Shown one piece after another: positions 28,196 to 39,234 of a stretch of DNA of 60,139 nucleotides. The notes under the pieces are model-generated. The model was not told where the DNA came from, made no database searches, and saw only the letters and a program-made list of their open reading frames with translations. Both the position numbers and the translations under genes were made by a program. Within the stretch, counting starts at the first letter, position 1. Each line of letters opens with the position of its first letter. Source of the stretch: Bdellovibrionota bacterium (GTDB lineage: Bacteria; Bdellovibrionota_C; UBA2361; JBIKUX01); contig JBIKUX010000017.1 of the NCBI GenBank assembly GCA_044347345.1, positions 1 to 60,139 on the forward strand, given 5' to 3'.

Positions 28196-29278
28196 GTGCT
28201 CTATCATTTATTTTATGAATATTTATCTACCTTTATCTCAGAGTTTAATGTTTTTCGGTATCAAACTTTTCGCGCGACCATGTCGTTCTTTTTTTCTTTT
28301 AGCGTGGTGCTAATTGCTCAGCCGCTATTTATAAAATGGTTGCAGCGTATAGGAGTAAAAGGACAACCGATACGGGAGGATGGGCCAAAAGATCATTTTA
28401 GTAAACAAGGCACACCTAGCATGGGTGGCTTAGTAGTAGTTGGTACCGTTGTCATATCAAGTTTGCTTTTCTGTGATCTTCGTTCTTTTCATGTTTGGCT
28501 GACTACTGGTGTAATAGTATCTTTTGCTTACCTAGGATTTATTGATGATTGGCGTAAAATTAAAAAGCAGAATAGCTACAAAGGACTCTCTGAGCGTGGT
28601 AAGCTTTTAGCTCAAGCCAGTATTTCCGCATTAGCTGCGGTTATGTTGTATTTTTCCGATTTTCCTACACAGCTCACTGTACCGTTTTTTAAGCAAATAG
28701 CGCTTCCTTTGGGAGTTTTTTTCATCCCGTTTGTAATGCTCGTAGTAGTGGCAACATCAAATGCTGTCAATCTGACTGACGGGCTTGATGGGTTAGCTAT
28801 CGGCCCGACTATTACGGTCGCTTTTACCTACGCGGTTATATGTTACGTCACAGGGCATGCAGAAATAGCCCGTTATTTACAACTCGCACACGTTCCTCAG
28901 CTAGGCGAAGTAAGTATTATACTGGCGGCTATTATTGCCTCAGGACTGGGCTTCTTATGGTATAATACATTTCCAGCCCAAATTTTTATGGGAGATACCG
29001 GAGCTCTCGCGTTAGGAGGAGTTTTGGGATTTGTATCTGTACTAGCACAACAAGAACTTCTATTAATTATTTCCGGAGGAGTATTTGTAGTTGAAGCACT
29101 CTCCGTAATAATACAGCGGTATTATTTTAAGTTTACCAAACGACGAATTTTCCGAATGGCTCCAATTCATCATCACTTTGAACTGCTTGGTTGGGCAGAG
29201 CCGAAGATAATAGTTAGATTTTGGATTATTTCACTTGTGCTTGCGCTCTTGTCACTCACAACTCTCAAGTTGAGATGA
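28196..29278 (+). CDS. mraY: Phospho-MurNAc-pentapeptide transferase
   Basis: KQGTPSMGG, NAVNLTDGLDGL, FMGDTG, MAPIHHHFE. Confidence 0.97.
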   Translation: MLYHLFYEYLSTFISEFNVFRYQTFRATMSFFFSFSVVLIAQPLFIKWLQRIGVKGQPIREDGPKDHFSKQGTPSMGGLVVVGTVVISSLLFCDLRSFHVWLTTGVIVSFAYLGFIDDWRKIKKQNSYKGLSERGKLLAQASISALAAVMLYFSDFPTQLTVPFFKQIALPLGVFFIPFVMLVVVATSNAVNLTDGLDGLAIGPTITVAFTYAVICYVTGHAEIARYLQLAHVPQLGEVSIILAAIIASGLGFLWYNTFPAQIFMGDTGALALGGVLGFVSVLAQQELLLIISGGVFVVEALSVIIQRYYFKFTKRRIFRMAPIHHHFELLGWAEPKIIVRFWIISLVLALLSLTTLKLR

Positions 29279-29288
29279 GGTAAGCTGA

Positions 29289-30824
29289 ATGGAAGTGAGC
29301 GAGATAAGAAATATTTTAACGACATCTCGGGAGTCTGCCACCCCAATTGTTTGCATAGGAGCTGGTCTGAGTGGTTGTGCTGCTGCGCAATTTTTGTGTC
29401 GACGAAATATTCCTACTGTAATTCTTGAAGAAAAGAGCGAGTTAGAAGCGAGAAAAGTTTATCATCTCGCGCAGTCAATAGATGCGGTATCTAATCTGGG
29501 CGGGCTTGTTTTTTACAAAGTGGCAGCACCGTCTGATATCCCTTTACCTCTTAATCCAAGACTAGTAATTTTAAGTCCTTCAGTACCTCCCAAGAGTCCT
29601 TTAGTCAATTATTTCAAGAGTTATGGCGCTCATATAATAGGTGAATTTGAGCTTGGTCTCCTTCTAGCCGGATTGCCAGTTGTTTTGGTGACTGGCAGTA
29701 ATGGTAAAAGTACAACTGTTTCACTTATACATCAGATTCTTTGTATGACTGGGGTTAGGTCAGTTTTATGTGGCAACATTGGTACTCCTGTCATGGAGGT
29801 TGTAGAGAATTTTGTTGGACTTGACGGGTTTCCAATAAATAGATCTGACTGTGATATAATTGTAGCTGAGGGTTCGAGTTATCAACTTGAAACAACTTTA
29901 CATTTGCGTCCGACAGTAGGGGTTTTCCTTAATCTTTCTGAAAATCATTTAGAGCGCCATGGCACTATGGAAGCTTATTTTGAAGCTAAGTCTAAGCCTT
30001 TTTTTAGAATGACTGATAGCGAGCTAATGGTGGTCGCAATAGATAATTTATGGGGAGCTAGATTAGCTCAAAAAGTAAGCTGTCAAATTATGCCAGTAGC
30101 ATCAGTTGGTGTCAGTGATAGTAAATTTGGAAATAAGTCTGGAGTATGGCTCGAGGAAAATTTTATAACGATTCAGTGGCAAGGTGAAAGTATAAGGGTT
30201 TCGCTACTTAATTTTCCGCTGATAGGGCTTCACAATAGATACAATTTAGGGTGCGCAATAGCCGTTGCAGTGTCACTCGGTGTAGACCCATCCCTAATTG
30301 AAGCTGCTACTCCAAAATTAAATGGCATGCCTTACCGAATGCAGAATGAGGGGATAGTTCGTGAAATTTTATTTATTAATGACTCAAAGGCAACTACAGT
30401 AGCAGCGGTCGAAGTGGCTATCAGGGCTATATTAGAGAGCACTCAAGGTGGTTTAGTGTTACTGCTTGGGGGAGTGGAAAAAAGTCGTTCGCCTTGGGAA
30501 GTAGTTTCTAATTTATTGGGTCAGGTGTTGAGTAGAATTCAAGGAGTTGTCACTTTTGGTCAATCCAGAAACTCAATTAGAAGTGCTTTGAAGTCATCTT
30601 TGTTACCACAAGAGATAATTCATGACGCAGCTACTCTTGAAAGTGCGTTAGAAAGTGCCGCCCGTCTTGCTCTACCTGGTGACACTATTCTTGTAAGCCC
30701 GGGCTGCGCAAGTTTTGATCAATTTCGTAATTTTGAAGAAAGAGGTGTAGCTATATCCTCCTGGGTCAAGCAATACAGGAAAAAGTATCATGAAGACTCT
30801 TCCCTAATTGATGAGGAAGTTTAG
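29289..30824 (+). CDS. murD: UDP-MurNAc-L-Ala:D-Glu ligase
   Basis: VTGSNGKST, GNIG, SSYQLE, NDSKAT, SPGCASFDQFRNFEERG. Confidence 0.96.
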   Translation: MEVSEIRNILTTSRESATPIVCIGAGLSGCAAAQFLCRRNIPTVILEEKSELEARKVYHLAQSIDAVSNLGGLVFYKVAAPSDIPLPLNPRLVILSPSVPPKSPLVNYFKSYGAHIIGEFELGLLLAGLPVVLVTGSNGKSTTVSLIHQILCMTGVRSVLCGNIGTPVMEVVENFVGLDGFPINRSDCDIIVAEGSSYQLETTLHLRPTVGVFLNLSENHLERHGTMEAYFEAKSKPFFRMTDSELMVVAIDNLWGARLAQKVSCQIMPVASVGVSDSKFGNKSGVWLEENFITIQWQGESIRVSLLNFPLIGLHNRYNLGCAIAVAVSLGVDPSLIEAATPKLNGMPYRMQNEGIVREILFINDSKATTVAAVEVAIRAILESTQGGLVLLLGGVEKSRSPWEVVSNLLGQVLSRIQGVVTFGQSRNSIRSALKSSLLPQEIIHDAATLESALESAARLALPGDTILVSPGCASFDQFRNFEERGVAISSWVKQYRKKYHEDSSLIDEEV

Positions 30825-30826
30825 TA

Positions 30827-32014
30827 ATGATTTACAAACAAGGTCTTTCATTTGAGTCTGTTGGTTGGAATCGCATTAGTATTCACAAGTTAAGGTTTGG
30901 AAGACTTTGGTTTGGTATTGACCCGTTCCTTTTTAGCATAGTTGTAATGCTCGTAGCCTTTAGTTTAGTGATGGTATATTCAACTACCGGAGTAGTAGCA
31001 ACTGAGCGATTTGATGATTCACTTTACTATGTAAAACGTCAGGCTATCGCGGCATTTATTGGTATTTGTTCAATGGTAGCCATAGCTCAGATACCGTTGA
31101 TTTTAATTAGAGCCGTGTCGCCGTATCTCTACGGAGTTGGAGCTCTTTTCTTGGCTTTAACTCTTCTCCCTATGTTTGGCGATGCCGCTGGAGGAGCTGA
31201 GCGGTGGATAAGAATTGGACCGATTCGCTTTCAACCTGGTGAGTTTGTAAAGCTCATGTTTATCGTATTTATGGCGGGATTTTTTGCCAGACATGAGCGA
31301 AAAATCTGTTTTTTTCGTCAAGGTGTATTAATACCAGCGGGACTTTTTGGATTTTTTGCGATGTTGTATTTAGCTCAGCCTGATTTTGGCAGTGTTGTTG
31401 TGTTGTTTTTAGTTACCTTTGGTATGGGATTGGGTGCTGGTGTTCGGCCGGCTCATCTTGCTATCTGTGGAACTATTGGGCTTATGTTAATATTTCCTGT
31501 AATACTACTGTCGCCCTACAGAATGCGTCGCGTTACAGCATTTTTATCACCTTTTGCCGATCCGGCTGGTAAGGGATATCAGCTCATTCAATCTCTTATT
31601 GCTGTAGGCAGCGGCGGACTAACTGGTCTTGGTATTGGTAATAGTCAACAAAAATTATTTTTTCTTCCTGCCGCGCATACTGATTTTATTTTTGCTGTTG
31701 TTGCAGAAGAGTTAGGTTTTGTTGGATGTGTGATATTGTTGACACTGTTTATGGCTTTTTTTTATCGTGGTGTTCGTTTAGCTACGTTTGTAGCGCATGA
31801 TACTTTTGCTTTTTCTCTTGCCCTAGGGCTTACTCTTATGATTGTTGTTCCGGCTTTTTTAAATACTGGTGTGGTTACAGGGCTTTTACCTACTAAAGGT
31901 ATGGTGCTCCCTCTGATCGGATACGGAGGTTCCAGTCTTGTGGCTACTTTGGTGGGGGTAGGGATTCTTCTTGGAGTAACTCGCAAAGAACAAGGTGAAA
32001 TGCATGAACGGTAA
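30827..32014 (+). CDS. ftsW: SEDS peptidoglycan polymerase FtsW
   Basis: RWI, FQPGEFVK, QPDFG, GYQLIQS, LPAAHTDFIF, LPLIGYGGSS. Confidence 0.96.
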   Translation: MIYKQGLSFESVGWNRISIHKLRFGRLWFGIDPFLFSIVVMLVAFSLVMVYSTTGVVATERFDDSLYYVKRQAIAAFIGICSMVAIAQIPLILIRAVSPYLYGVGALFLALTLLPMFGDAAGGAERWIRIGPIRFQPGEFVKLMFIVFMAGFFARHERKICFFRQGVLIPAGLFGFFAMLYLAQPDFGSVVVLFLVTFGMGLGAGVRPAHLAICGTIGLMLIFPVILLSPYRMRRVTAFLSPFADPAGKGYQLIQSLIAVGSGGLTGLGIGNSQQKLFFLPAAHTDFIFAVVAEELGFVGCVILLTLFMAFFYRGVRLATFVAHDTFAFSLALGLTLMIVVPAFLNTGVVTGLLPTKGMVLPLIGYGGSSLVATLVGVGILLGVTRKEQGEMHER

Positions 32015-33149
32015 ATGTTCTGATAGACCGTTTCGGGTTATTGTTGCGGCAAGTGGAACAGGAGGTCATCTTTTTCCGGCTATTCATATTGCATCTGAGT
32101 TGAATCGCATAGAAAACACTGCGCAGGTGCTTTTTATCGGTGCCGGGCGACCGTTAGAAGAAAAAATTATTGATTCTTCCGGGTATGCTAGAGCTGTCGT
32201 TTCTATCCAAGGATTAAGACGTAAGGGTATTTCTGGTTTTTTGGTTTGGCTTGTTCAACTTCCTCAGGCGGTAGTGCGAGCTTATAAAATAATTTGGTCT
32301 TTTAGTCCTGATGTTGTAGTTGGAGTAGGCGGGTATGTTTCTGTGTTACCCGTTATAATTGCTTATCTCAAGGGTATCCCCTCTCTAATTCACGAAGCAG
32401 AGCGCGAAGCGGGTTGGGCAAATCGACTTCTTGCTCGGATTGCTACTAAGGTATCGGTTGCATGGCCTGAGGCTAAAATTCCTGCTGAAGCCAGAAAAAA
32501 GATTGTATCTGGTCAGCCTCTTCGAGCGGAATTTTTCACTACTAATTTTAGTAAAACCTCTCCTCAATTGGCGCCGCAGGTCTTAATTCTCGGAGGTTCA
32601 CAGGGAGCTAAAGCACTTGATGAAATAGGTATGATTCTTGCGCCTTGGTTTGCTCAAAATAATATCGCAGTTTGGCATCAATGTCGTCCTGAACTTGTTC
32701 AGGAAATCTCATCAAGATATGAGGAATCTAGGGTAAACTATAAGGTAGTGCCATTCATCGATAAAATGGAAGAAGCATTAGCTTGGTCTGACGTTGTTGT
32801 TACCCGTTCCGGGGCTAGTACGGTGCGAGAACTTATGGTTTGTGGACGGCCAGCTATACTGATCCCTCTACCAAATTCTCCTGAACAGCTTGATAATGCC
32901 CAAATACTTGTTGAACGACATCAAGGAATTGCTGTTAATGAGCTTGAAGTTAATCTTAATAGTGACGCAAATATTAATCAGGAAACAGGCATTACTAACG
33001 ACATAAAAAAACACCTCAGTGAGATAATCCTTAACGGCGAATCTAGTTATTTGTCTTGGTCTAAAACACCTGAACAATCAGGAAAGAGTAATGCAGCACA
33101 GATTATAGCGGCAGAGATTGTCGGATTAAGAAGAGACTGTGAAGAATAG
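32004..33149 (+). CDS. murG: Lipid II GlcNAc transferase
   Basis: SGTGGHLFPA, GVGGYVS, IHEAE, GGSQGA, RSGAST. Alternative GTG start at 31995. Confidence 0.94.
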   Translation: MNGKCSDRPFRVIVAASGTGGHLFPAIHIASELNRIENTAQVLFIGAGRPLEEKIIDSSGYARAVVSIQGLRRKGISGFLVWLVQLPQAVVRAYKIIWSFSPDVVVGVGGYVSVLPVIIAYLKGIPSLIHEAEREAGWANRLLARIATKVSVAWPEAKIPAEARKKIVSGQPLRAEFFTTNFSKTSPQLAPQVLILGGSQGAKALDEIGMILAPWFAQNNIAVWHQCRPELVQEISSRYEESRVNYKVVPFIDKMEEALAWSDVVVTRSGASTVRELMVCGRPAILIPLPNSPEQLDNAQILVERHQGIAVNELEVNLNSDANINQETGITNDIKKHLSEIILNGESSYLSWSKTPEQSGKSNAAQIIAAEIVGLRRDCEE

Positions 33150-33324
33150 CCCTAAGGACAAGATTTGCTGCAAGGGATGATTTTTTGGCTTTTGTGGTGT
33201 AAACAATAAAAGATAGGGTGATTGGCGATTTTAGGATGGTAAGCTTTCTAATAATGTTTTAAGTATATCAATTTTTTGATAGCTTTACTGCTTAGCAGTT
33301 GAGAGCGGGAGAAACTTTCTAACT

Positions 33325-35199
33325 ATGGGAACATTACGCAGCTTGTACCGAACTCATACGAGTGGAGAGCTTCGTCGCGCTCACTCCGGCCAACGAGTAA
33401 CTTTGTCAGGATGGGTAGCCCGGAAGCGAGATCACGGAGGAGTAGTCTTTATTGATTTACGAGATCACTATGGGGTTGTTCAGGTTGTATTTTCCGACCA
33501 TTTGGGCGAACAGGCTCAAAATATTCGAGTTGAGTCGGTAGTTCGAGTTTTTGGTATCGTTGAAGAGCGAAAAGAAACTTTAAAAAATCCCAAGATAGCG
33601 ACTGGTGAAATTGAAGTACGAGCTGAAAAATTGGAGATTCTCTCTGAAGCGCAAGTTCTGCCCTTTATGATAGCGGAAGATGACAACGCTCCTGAGCATC
33701 TTAGGCTTACCTACAGGTTCTTGGAGCTTCGGCGCGATAAGCTACATGCAAACATAGTGCTCAAATCTAAAGTTATTCAGCGTATTCGAGAGGTAATGTG
33801 GGAGTTAGGTTTTCTTGAGTATCAAACTCCTATCCTGACGAGCAGTTCACCTGAAGGGGCTCGCGATTTTATTGTGCCATCAAGATTTCATCCTGGAAAA
33901 TTCTTTGCGTTACCACAGGCACCTCAGCAATTTAAGCAGCTTTTAATGGTTTCTGGTTTCGACCGTTACTTTCAGATAGCTCCTTGTTTTCGAGACGAAG
34001 ATCCTCGAGCTGACAGATCTCCTGGTGAATTTTATCAGTTAGATTTAGAGATGTCTTTTGTTGAGCAGGAGGATGTTTTTAAAGTTGGTGAGGCAGTTTT
34101 ATCAGAGGTATTTGCTCGTTTTGCCCACGATAAAGATTCTAGGTCACCAAGTGTTAAGGTTACTAAGGCACCCTTTCCAAGGCTCACTTACGATGAAGCC
34201 CTTAATAAATATGGAACTGATAAGCCAGACTTGCGAGTACCGTATGAATTGGTGAGAGTCTCCGATGTTTTTGCGCAAACTTCTTTCCGAGTTTTTCAGG
34301 AGGAATTGGCTCAGGCTGGTGAGATCATAGCTCTCCCAGTCCCAGTTAAGGAGATTCCTTCGCGCAAAGTTTTAGACGAGACTATTGAGTGGTGCAAGAA
34401 GAATTATGGGCGAGGTCTTGGATATCTAGTTTATTCTGGAGGAGAATGGAAGGGTTCAATTGCTAAATTTTTATCTGACGAAGAATTAAATGAGTTAGCG
34501 TTAATGCTCAAGCTAGTTACTGATCGGGTAGTAGCTTCCTTAGGTATTCTAGATAGTGAATTCTCATTTACAGATGCTGAAGCCACTTCAATTGTTGTTT
34601 GGATAGGAGCGGGCCCAGTTGCGGAGGTTTTAAAGGCAATGGGGGCGGTGCGCGTTAAAGTAGCACATGATCTGGGTGCGGTAGATAAGAATGCGTTTCG
34701 CTTCTGTTGGATCGTAGACTTTCCAATGTATGAAGTTGATCCTGTCACTGGAAAACTTGATTTCTGCCATAATCCGTTTTCAATGCCACAGGGCGGCATG
34801 CAGGCACTAGATGAGCTTGCTCCTCTGCAGATAAAAGCATTTCAGTATGATGTTGTCTGTAATGGTTACGAGCTTGCTAGTGGAGCTATTCGAAACCATC
34901 TTCCAGAAATTATGTATAAGGTGTTTGGTCTGGTGGGGTATGGTGCTTCTGATGTTGAGGATAAATTTGGTGGCATGTTAAGAGCTTTCTCTTATGGTGC
35001 GCCTCCTCACGGTGGAATGGCGGTAGGAGTAGACAGATTAGTTATGCTTTTAGCTCAGGAAGAAGCTATTAGAGATGTAATACCATTTCCTCTGGCTCAA
35101 TCTGTAGAAGACTTAATGATGAGTGCTCCATCGCAGCTAAGTGAAATGCAACTTAGAGAGGTTCATATTCAATTAGTACCGCCGCCAAAAAAAAAGTAG
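33325..35199 (+). CDS. aspS: Aspartate-tRNA ligase, probably non-discriminating (Asp/Asn)
   Basis: [41 protein letters not shown]. Confidence 0.96.
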   Translation: MGTLRSLYRTHTSGELRRAHSGQRVTLSGWVARKRDHGGVVFIDLRDHYGVVQVVFSDHLGEQAQNIRVESVVRVFGIVEERKETLKNPKIATGEIEVRAEKLEILSEAQVLPFMIAEDDNAPEHLRLTYRFLELRRDKLHANIVLKSKVIQRIREVMWELGFLEYQTPILTSSSPEGARDFIVPSRFHPGKFFALPQAPQQFKQLLMVSGFDRYFQIAPCFRDEDPRADRSPGEFYQLDLEMSFVEQEDVFKVGEAVLSEVFARFAHDKDSRSPSVKVTKAPFPRLTYDEALNKYGTDKPDLRVPYELVRVSDVFAQTSFRVFQEELAQAGEIIALPVPVKEIPSRKVLDETIEWCKKNYGRGLGYLVYSGGEWKGSIAKFLSDEELNELALMLKLVTDRVVASLGILDSEFSFTDAEATSIVVWIGAGPVAEVLKAMGAVRVKVAHDLGAVDKNAFRFCWIVDFPMYEVDPVTGKLDFCHNPFSMPQGGMQALDELAPLQIKAFQYDVVCNGYELASGAIRNHLPEIMYKVFGLVGYGASDVEDKFGGMLRAFSYGAPPHGGMAVGVDRLVMLLAQEEAIRDVIPFPLAQSVEDLMMSAPSQLSEMQLREVHIQLVPPPKKK

Positions 35200-35255
35200 T
35201 ATGAGGTAAATTATGAAGAGAAAGTACTACTCAATTTAATTAATGAAATACGAGC

Positions 35256-36104
35256 ATGACTAAGCGGGTATCATTTATTGGATTTGGGCGTGCGGGAGAG
35301 GCTTTAGCTCGGTTGATGGTAGTCTCTGGTTACGGTGTTGTTGGCGATGTTTTAACAACTAGCTTGGAGTCAGCTCAGCTCGCTGTCGCTAGATTAGGAG
35401 AAGGTACGGCCGCTTCTAGTTATGCAATGTTAAATCCTGCCTCTGTGTGGGTTTTAGCAGTGCCGGATTCAAGTATTAGCGAATGCGCTCAAGAATTAGC
35501 CAATTTACCTGATCATATCGTTAAAGGAGCATTGGTTTTCCATCTAAGTGGTGTCAATTCATCAGCTTTATTGACGCCACTTATTGAAAAGGGTGCTAGG
35601 ATAGCGTCTTTTCATATGCTCAGAAGTTGTAGCGATCCGGAGACGGTGGCCGCAACTTTTGATGGAACTTATTGTGGTTGTGAAGGACCGGCTAGAGATG
35701 AGGTAGCGCAATTAACGAGGGTTATTGGAGGTGAGCCTTTTTTTCTCTCTGGTGATACCAAACCCCTCTATCATGCATCTTGTGTATGTGCCAGTAATTT
35801 TATCGTAGGAATAATTGAAGTGGCGCGTAATCTGGCTTTGCGGTCTGGGCTATCGTCTGATGAATCTTATCGGTTACTTGAACCATTGGTTAGAGGAACG
35901 GTATCAGCCGTATTTTCGCTTGGTACAAAACGTGCCCTTACTGGCCCTGTGACTCGAGGTGATGAGTCTACTATTCGGACTCATCTGGAGGTAATTCAAA
36001 ATAGCATTCCAGAAATGAGTGAAGTGTATCGGGTGCTGACCCAAGTTTTGTTGCATCTCAACCCACATGAAGGAATTCGTCGTAGTCTGGATAAGGATAC
36101 ATAG
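35256..36104 (+). CDS. Rossmann-like + DUF2520 oxidoreductase (PanG-like)
   Basis: IGFGRAG, LAVPDS, FHLSG, YHASCVCASN, ALTGPVTRGD. Confidence 0.85.
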   Translation: MTKRVSFIGFGRAGEALARLMVVSGYGVVGDVLTTSLESAQLAVARLGEGTAASSYAMLNPASVWVLAVPDSSISECAQELANLPDHIVKGALVFHLSGVNSSALLTPLIEKGARIASFHMLRSCSDPETVAATFDGTYCGCEGPARDEVAQLTRVIGGEPFFLSGDTKPLYHASCVCASNFIVGIIEVARNLALRSGLSSDESYRLLEPLVRGTVSAVFSLGTKRALTGPVTRGDESTIRTHLEVIQNSIPEMSEVYRVLTQVLLHLNPHEGIRRSLDKDT

Positions 36105-36109
36105 CGACA

Positions 36110-37057
36110 GTGTATAAAGTGCTAGGTACCAGGCGTAGTCTCCTGGCAACAACTCAAACTGAATTAGTTAGGAATACTCTGTGTAACAGATGGAGAGACT
36201 TAACTTGCGATACGGTCACTATAGTTACAAGTGGGGATGAAGATCGTTTTAAATCTGGTCAGCCGTTACCTTTAGCTGGCGTGAAAGGCCTTTTTACCGC
36301 TGAATTAGAAGAGGCTCTTTTTATTGGTCGGATAGACTTAGCGATTCATTGTCTTAAAGATATGCCAGCTATTTGTAATCCGAAGTTTGTTGTACTTCCG
36401 GTTATGGGACGAGATTGGCCGTTTGATGTTTTGATTACTAGGTCTCAAGCGGTGTTAGCACTTGAAGATATGCCCACTGGAATGGTAGTAGGCACTACAA
36501 GTTTAAGGCGAGTAGCTCAGCTAAGAGCAATTAGGCCAGACTTTAGATTTATGGAGATTCGCGGTAATGTGGATAGTCGGTTACGTAAGCTCGATAGTGG
36601 TGAGGTAGACGCCATAATTTTGGCTGAAGCTGGTTTGCGTAGGCTCGGCTTGACTGAAAAACGACCATTTATTCGCTTCTCATTAGCTGAAATGGTGCCT
36701 GCACCTGGGCAGGGTGTTCTTGCAGCTCAATGCAGGGCTGACGATATTGATACTCAATCGCTAATTTCATTTTTGGTAGATAATTGTGTGGCAAGTGCGG
36801 TTGCGGCAGAGCAGTCATTTATCACCGGAATTGGGGCTACGTGTCAAACACCCGTCGGAGCCTATGCTGAAGTAAGTAATGGGATTGTTACTCTAACGAT
36901 TAGGTGTAGTGCGGCTGATGGCTCTGATAGAGCCATAAATTTGTGTCAAAGTGGATCACAGGCAGATGCAATCCGAATTGGCGCAAATTTGGCTGAAGAA
37001 GCAATATCGGCTGGAGCTCTTAAACTGCTTGGATTGTCAGATAGTAAGAGGCGTTGA
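36110..37057 (+). CDS. hemC: Hydroxymethylbilane synthase
   Basis: GTRRSLLA, KGLFTAELE, HCLKDMP, GTTSLRR, RGNVDSRL, PAPGQG, C in ATCQTP. Confidence 0.95.
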   Translation: MYKVLGTRRSLLATTQTELVRNTLCNRWRDLTCDTVTIVTSGDEDRFKSGQPLPLAGVKGLFTAELEEALFIGRIDLAIHCLKDMPAICNPKFVVLPVMGRDWPFDVLITRSQAVLALEDMPTGMVVGTTSLRRVAQLRAIRPDFRFMEIRGNVDSRLRKLDSGEVDAIILAEAGLRRLGLTEKRPFIRFSLAEMVPAPGQGVLAAQCRADDIDTQSLISFLVDNCVASAVAAEQSFITGIGATCQTPVGAYAEVSNGIVTLTIRCSAADGSDRAINLCQSGSQADAIRIGANLAEEAISAGALKLLGLSDSKRR

Positions 37058-37875
37058 TGTCTGATTTAGATGATCGGGTAGTTTCTAAAAATGAAAAACC
37101 ACTTACCTTAGTTACTCGACCTATTGAAGATTGTGATGATGTTGCTAAGGAGTTATCTGCTAGGGGATTTCCGGTTCATATTTCTCCTCTTATACAAATT
37201 GAAACGATAAGTCCTAATCTTAGAGATCCGTTACCCTTGAGTTGGGATGAGATTGACTGGATTATTCTTACAAGTAGAAATGGTGCGAGGGTATGGAGTA
37301 CAGTCGATATTTCCCCAAAGTTTTCCTCTAATAGTTCTCTTGCCAAGAATAAGTCTAATTTTTTGCGACCATCGGTAGCAACAATTGGTGAGCGAACGGC
37401 AGAGAAAGTGCGCGAATTATGCGGCTATTCTCCTGAGTTTGTAGGTTCAGGAGAGCGAAGTGAGATTTTTCTCTCACAGTTTTTGGAAGTAGTAGAAGAA
37501 GGTAATAAGGTGGTTGTAGCTGGAGCTTGTAAGCGGAGGGGGCTTATTGAGTCATCCCTTGCTGAACGTGGAGTTCAAGTATTTTCTTGGAATCTATATA
37601 AGATTATTCCATCGGCACCAGACCTTGAATCTGTCAGAATTATTAGTGATGTACCATCCATTTTATGGACCTTTTTTAGTGGTTCGGCAGTATCGGCTTA
37701 TGCAGAGTGGCGCGAGTTGTATAGTTTACCAAAGTTAATGCCTCATTGGTACTTTGCTGCTTTTGGAGAGTCTACTGCTGCGGCTATGCGGAAGTATGAA
37801 CTTCCACCGTGTGTAGTGCATTGCGGAGGTAGCCATTTGGCGTTTTGCGATCTTTTAGTCGCTCGGTTTTCATGA
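37057..37875 (+). CDS. hemD: Uroporphyrinogen-III synthase
   Basis: LVTRP, WIILTSRNG, IGERTA, FFSGSAV, AFGESTA. Start overlaps the hemC stop. Confidence 0.85.
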   Translation: MSDLDDRVVSKNEKPLTLVTRPIEDCDDVAKELSARGFPVHISPLIQIETISPNLRDPLPLSWDEIDWIILTSRNGARVWSTVDISPKFSSNSSLAKNKSNFLRPSVATIGERTAEKVRELCGYSPEFVGSGERSEIFLSQFLEVVEEGNKVVVAGACKRRGLIESSLAERGVQVFSWNLYKIIPSAPDLESVRIISDVPSILWTFFSGSAVSAYAEWRELYSLPKLMPHWYFAAFGESTAAAMRKYELPPCVVHCGGSHLAFCDLLVARFS

Positions 37876-37962
37876 TTTCTTATGGTGATATCTTTTCACA
37901 AAAAGTAGCCAGATTTACCTTTTTTCGCTTACGATATAAGCGTAGTGTATTTAAGGTGTTTT

Positions 37963-39234
37963 ATGATTGACATTAATGTGCTGCGAGCTTATCCAGAAAT
38001 TTACGCGAAGGCTTGTGATAAAAAGCGAATTAAATTTTCGGTTCCGGAGTTCCTCCTATTAGATGAACAATATAGAGCAGCCAAGACCAGTCTTGAGACT
38101 CTGCGAGCTGAACAAAACAGAATTAGTAAGGCAATACCGTTGCTTTCGTCTGCAGAGAAAGAAGCACAGTTGGGGAAGTTAAAGGAGATTAGCTCAAAAG
38201 TTAAGGAACTCACCGAGAATTTTAGAATACTCGAAGAGAGATGGAAAACAGACTTACTCCGAATACCACAACCTCCTCTAGATCAAGTGCCAGACGGAGC
38301 AACTGATGCTGATAATGTTCCCATAAGAGAGTGGGGAAGTATCCCGAGTTTTGATTTTGTAATTAAGGATCACGTTGAAATTGGGAACAGTCTTGGTCTT
38401 ATTGATATTGAGCGAGGGGTAAAGGTGTCTGGTGCGAGACACTATTTTTTAAAGAGTGATGGAGTTCTTCTGCAGCAAGCTCTTCATTCGTACGCACTCG
38501 ATTTTTTGAACGCTCGGGGCTTTACCTTAATGTCACCGCCTCATTTAGTGGGTTATCAGGCTATGATGGGAACAGGTTACTTCCCTGGAGGGGAAGAAAT
38601 GGCCTATCAACTCGACGACAGAGATAAAGGTACATTTTTAATCGGCACCTCTGAAGTTCCATTATGTGCCTATCACGGAGATGAAGTATTTTCCAAAAGC
38701 GAACTACCAAAACGTTATGCTGGCTTATCTCCGTGTTATCGTCGAGAGGCTGGAACTTATGGAAAAGACACTCAAGGCCTTTACCGTGTTCATCAATTTT
38801 TTAAGGTGGAGCAGGTTGTCATTTGCGTCGCTGATGAGAAGCAAAGCTTAATATACCATGAGGAGTTATTAACTAATGCTGAACTTTTTTTGCAGTCCCT
38901 TGAGCTTCCTTACAGGGTGGTGATTGTTTGTGCTGGTGATATGGGTCAGGGGCAAGTCTGGAAACATGATATTGAGTGTTGGATGCCGTCGCGCAAGAAC
39001 TGGGGTGAAACACATAGCTGTTCTTCTCTTCATGCATTTCAGGCACGTAGGTTGAACATGAAGTATAAAAACGATGACGGTAAAAATATCTTTTGCTTTA
39101 CTTTAAACAATACCCTTGTTGCAACTCCACGAGTTTTGATTCCGCTTATTGAGATACATCAAACTAGTGATGGCAAGGTTAGAATACCGGCTGTATTGCG
39201 CCCTTATATGGGTGGTAGGGAGTTTTTAGAGTGA
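37963..39234 (+). CDS. serS: Serine-tRNA ligase
   Basis: N-terminal coiled coil, LIGTSEVPL, CYRREAG, GLYRVHQF, ETHSCS, TLNNT. Start set at ATG 37963. Confidence 0.96.
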   Translation: MIDINVLRAYPEIYAKACDKKRIKFSVPEFLLLDEQYRAAKTSLETLRAEQNRISKAIPLLSSAEKEAQLGKLKEISSKVKELTENFRILEERWKTDLLRIPQPPLDQVPDGATDADNVPIREWGSIPSFDFVIKDHVEIGNSLGLIDIERGVKVSGARHYFLKSDGVLLQQALHSYALDFLNARGFTLMSPPHLVGYQAMMGTGYFPGGEEMAYQLDDRDKGTFLIGTSEVPLCAYHGDEVFSKSELPKRYAGLSPCYRREAGTYGKDTQGLYRVHQFFKVEQVVICVADEKQSLIYHEELLTNAELFLQSLELPYRVVIVCAGDMGQGQVWKHDIECWMPSRKNWGETHSCSSLHAFQARRLNMKYKNDDGKNIFCFTLNNTLVATPRVLIPLIEIHQTSDGKVRIPAVLRPYMGGREFLE

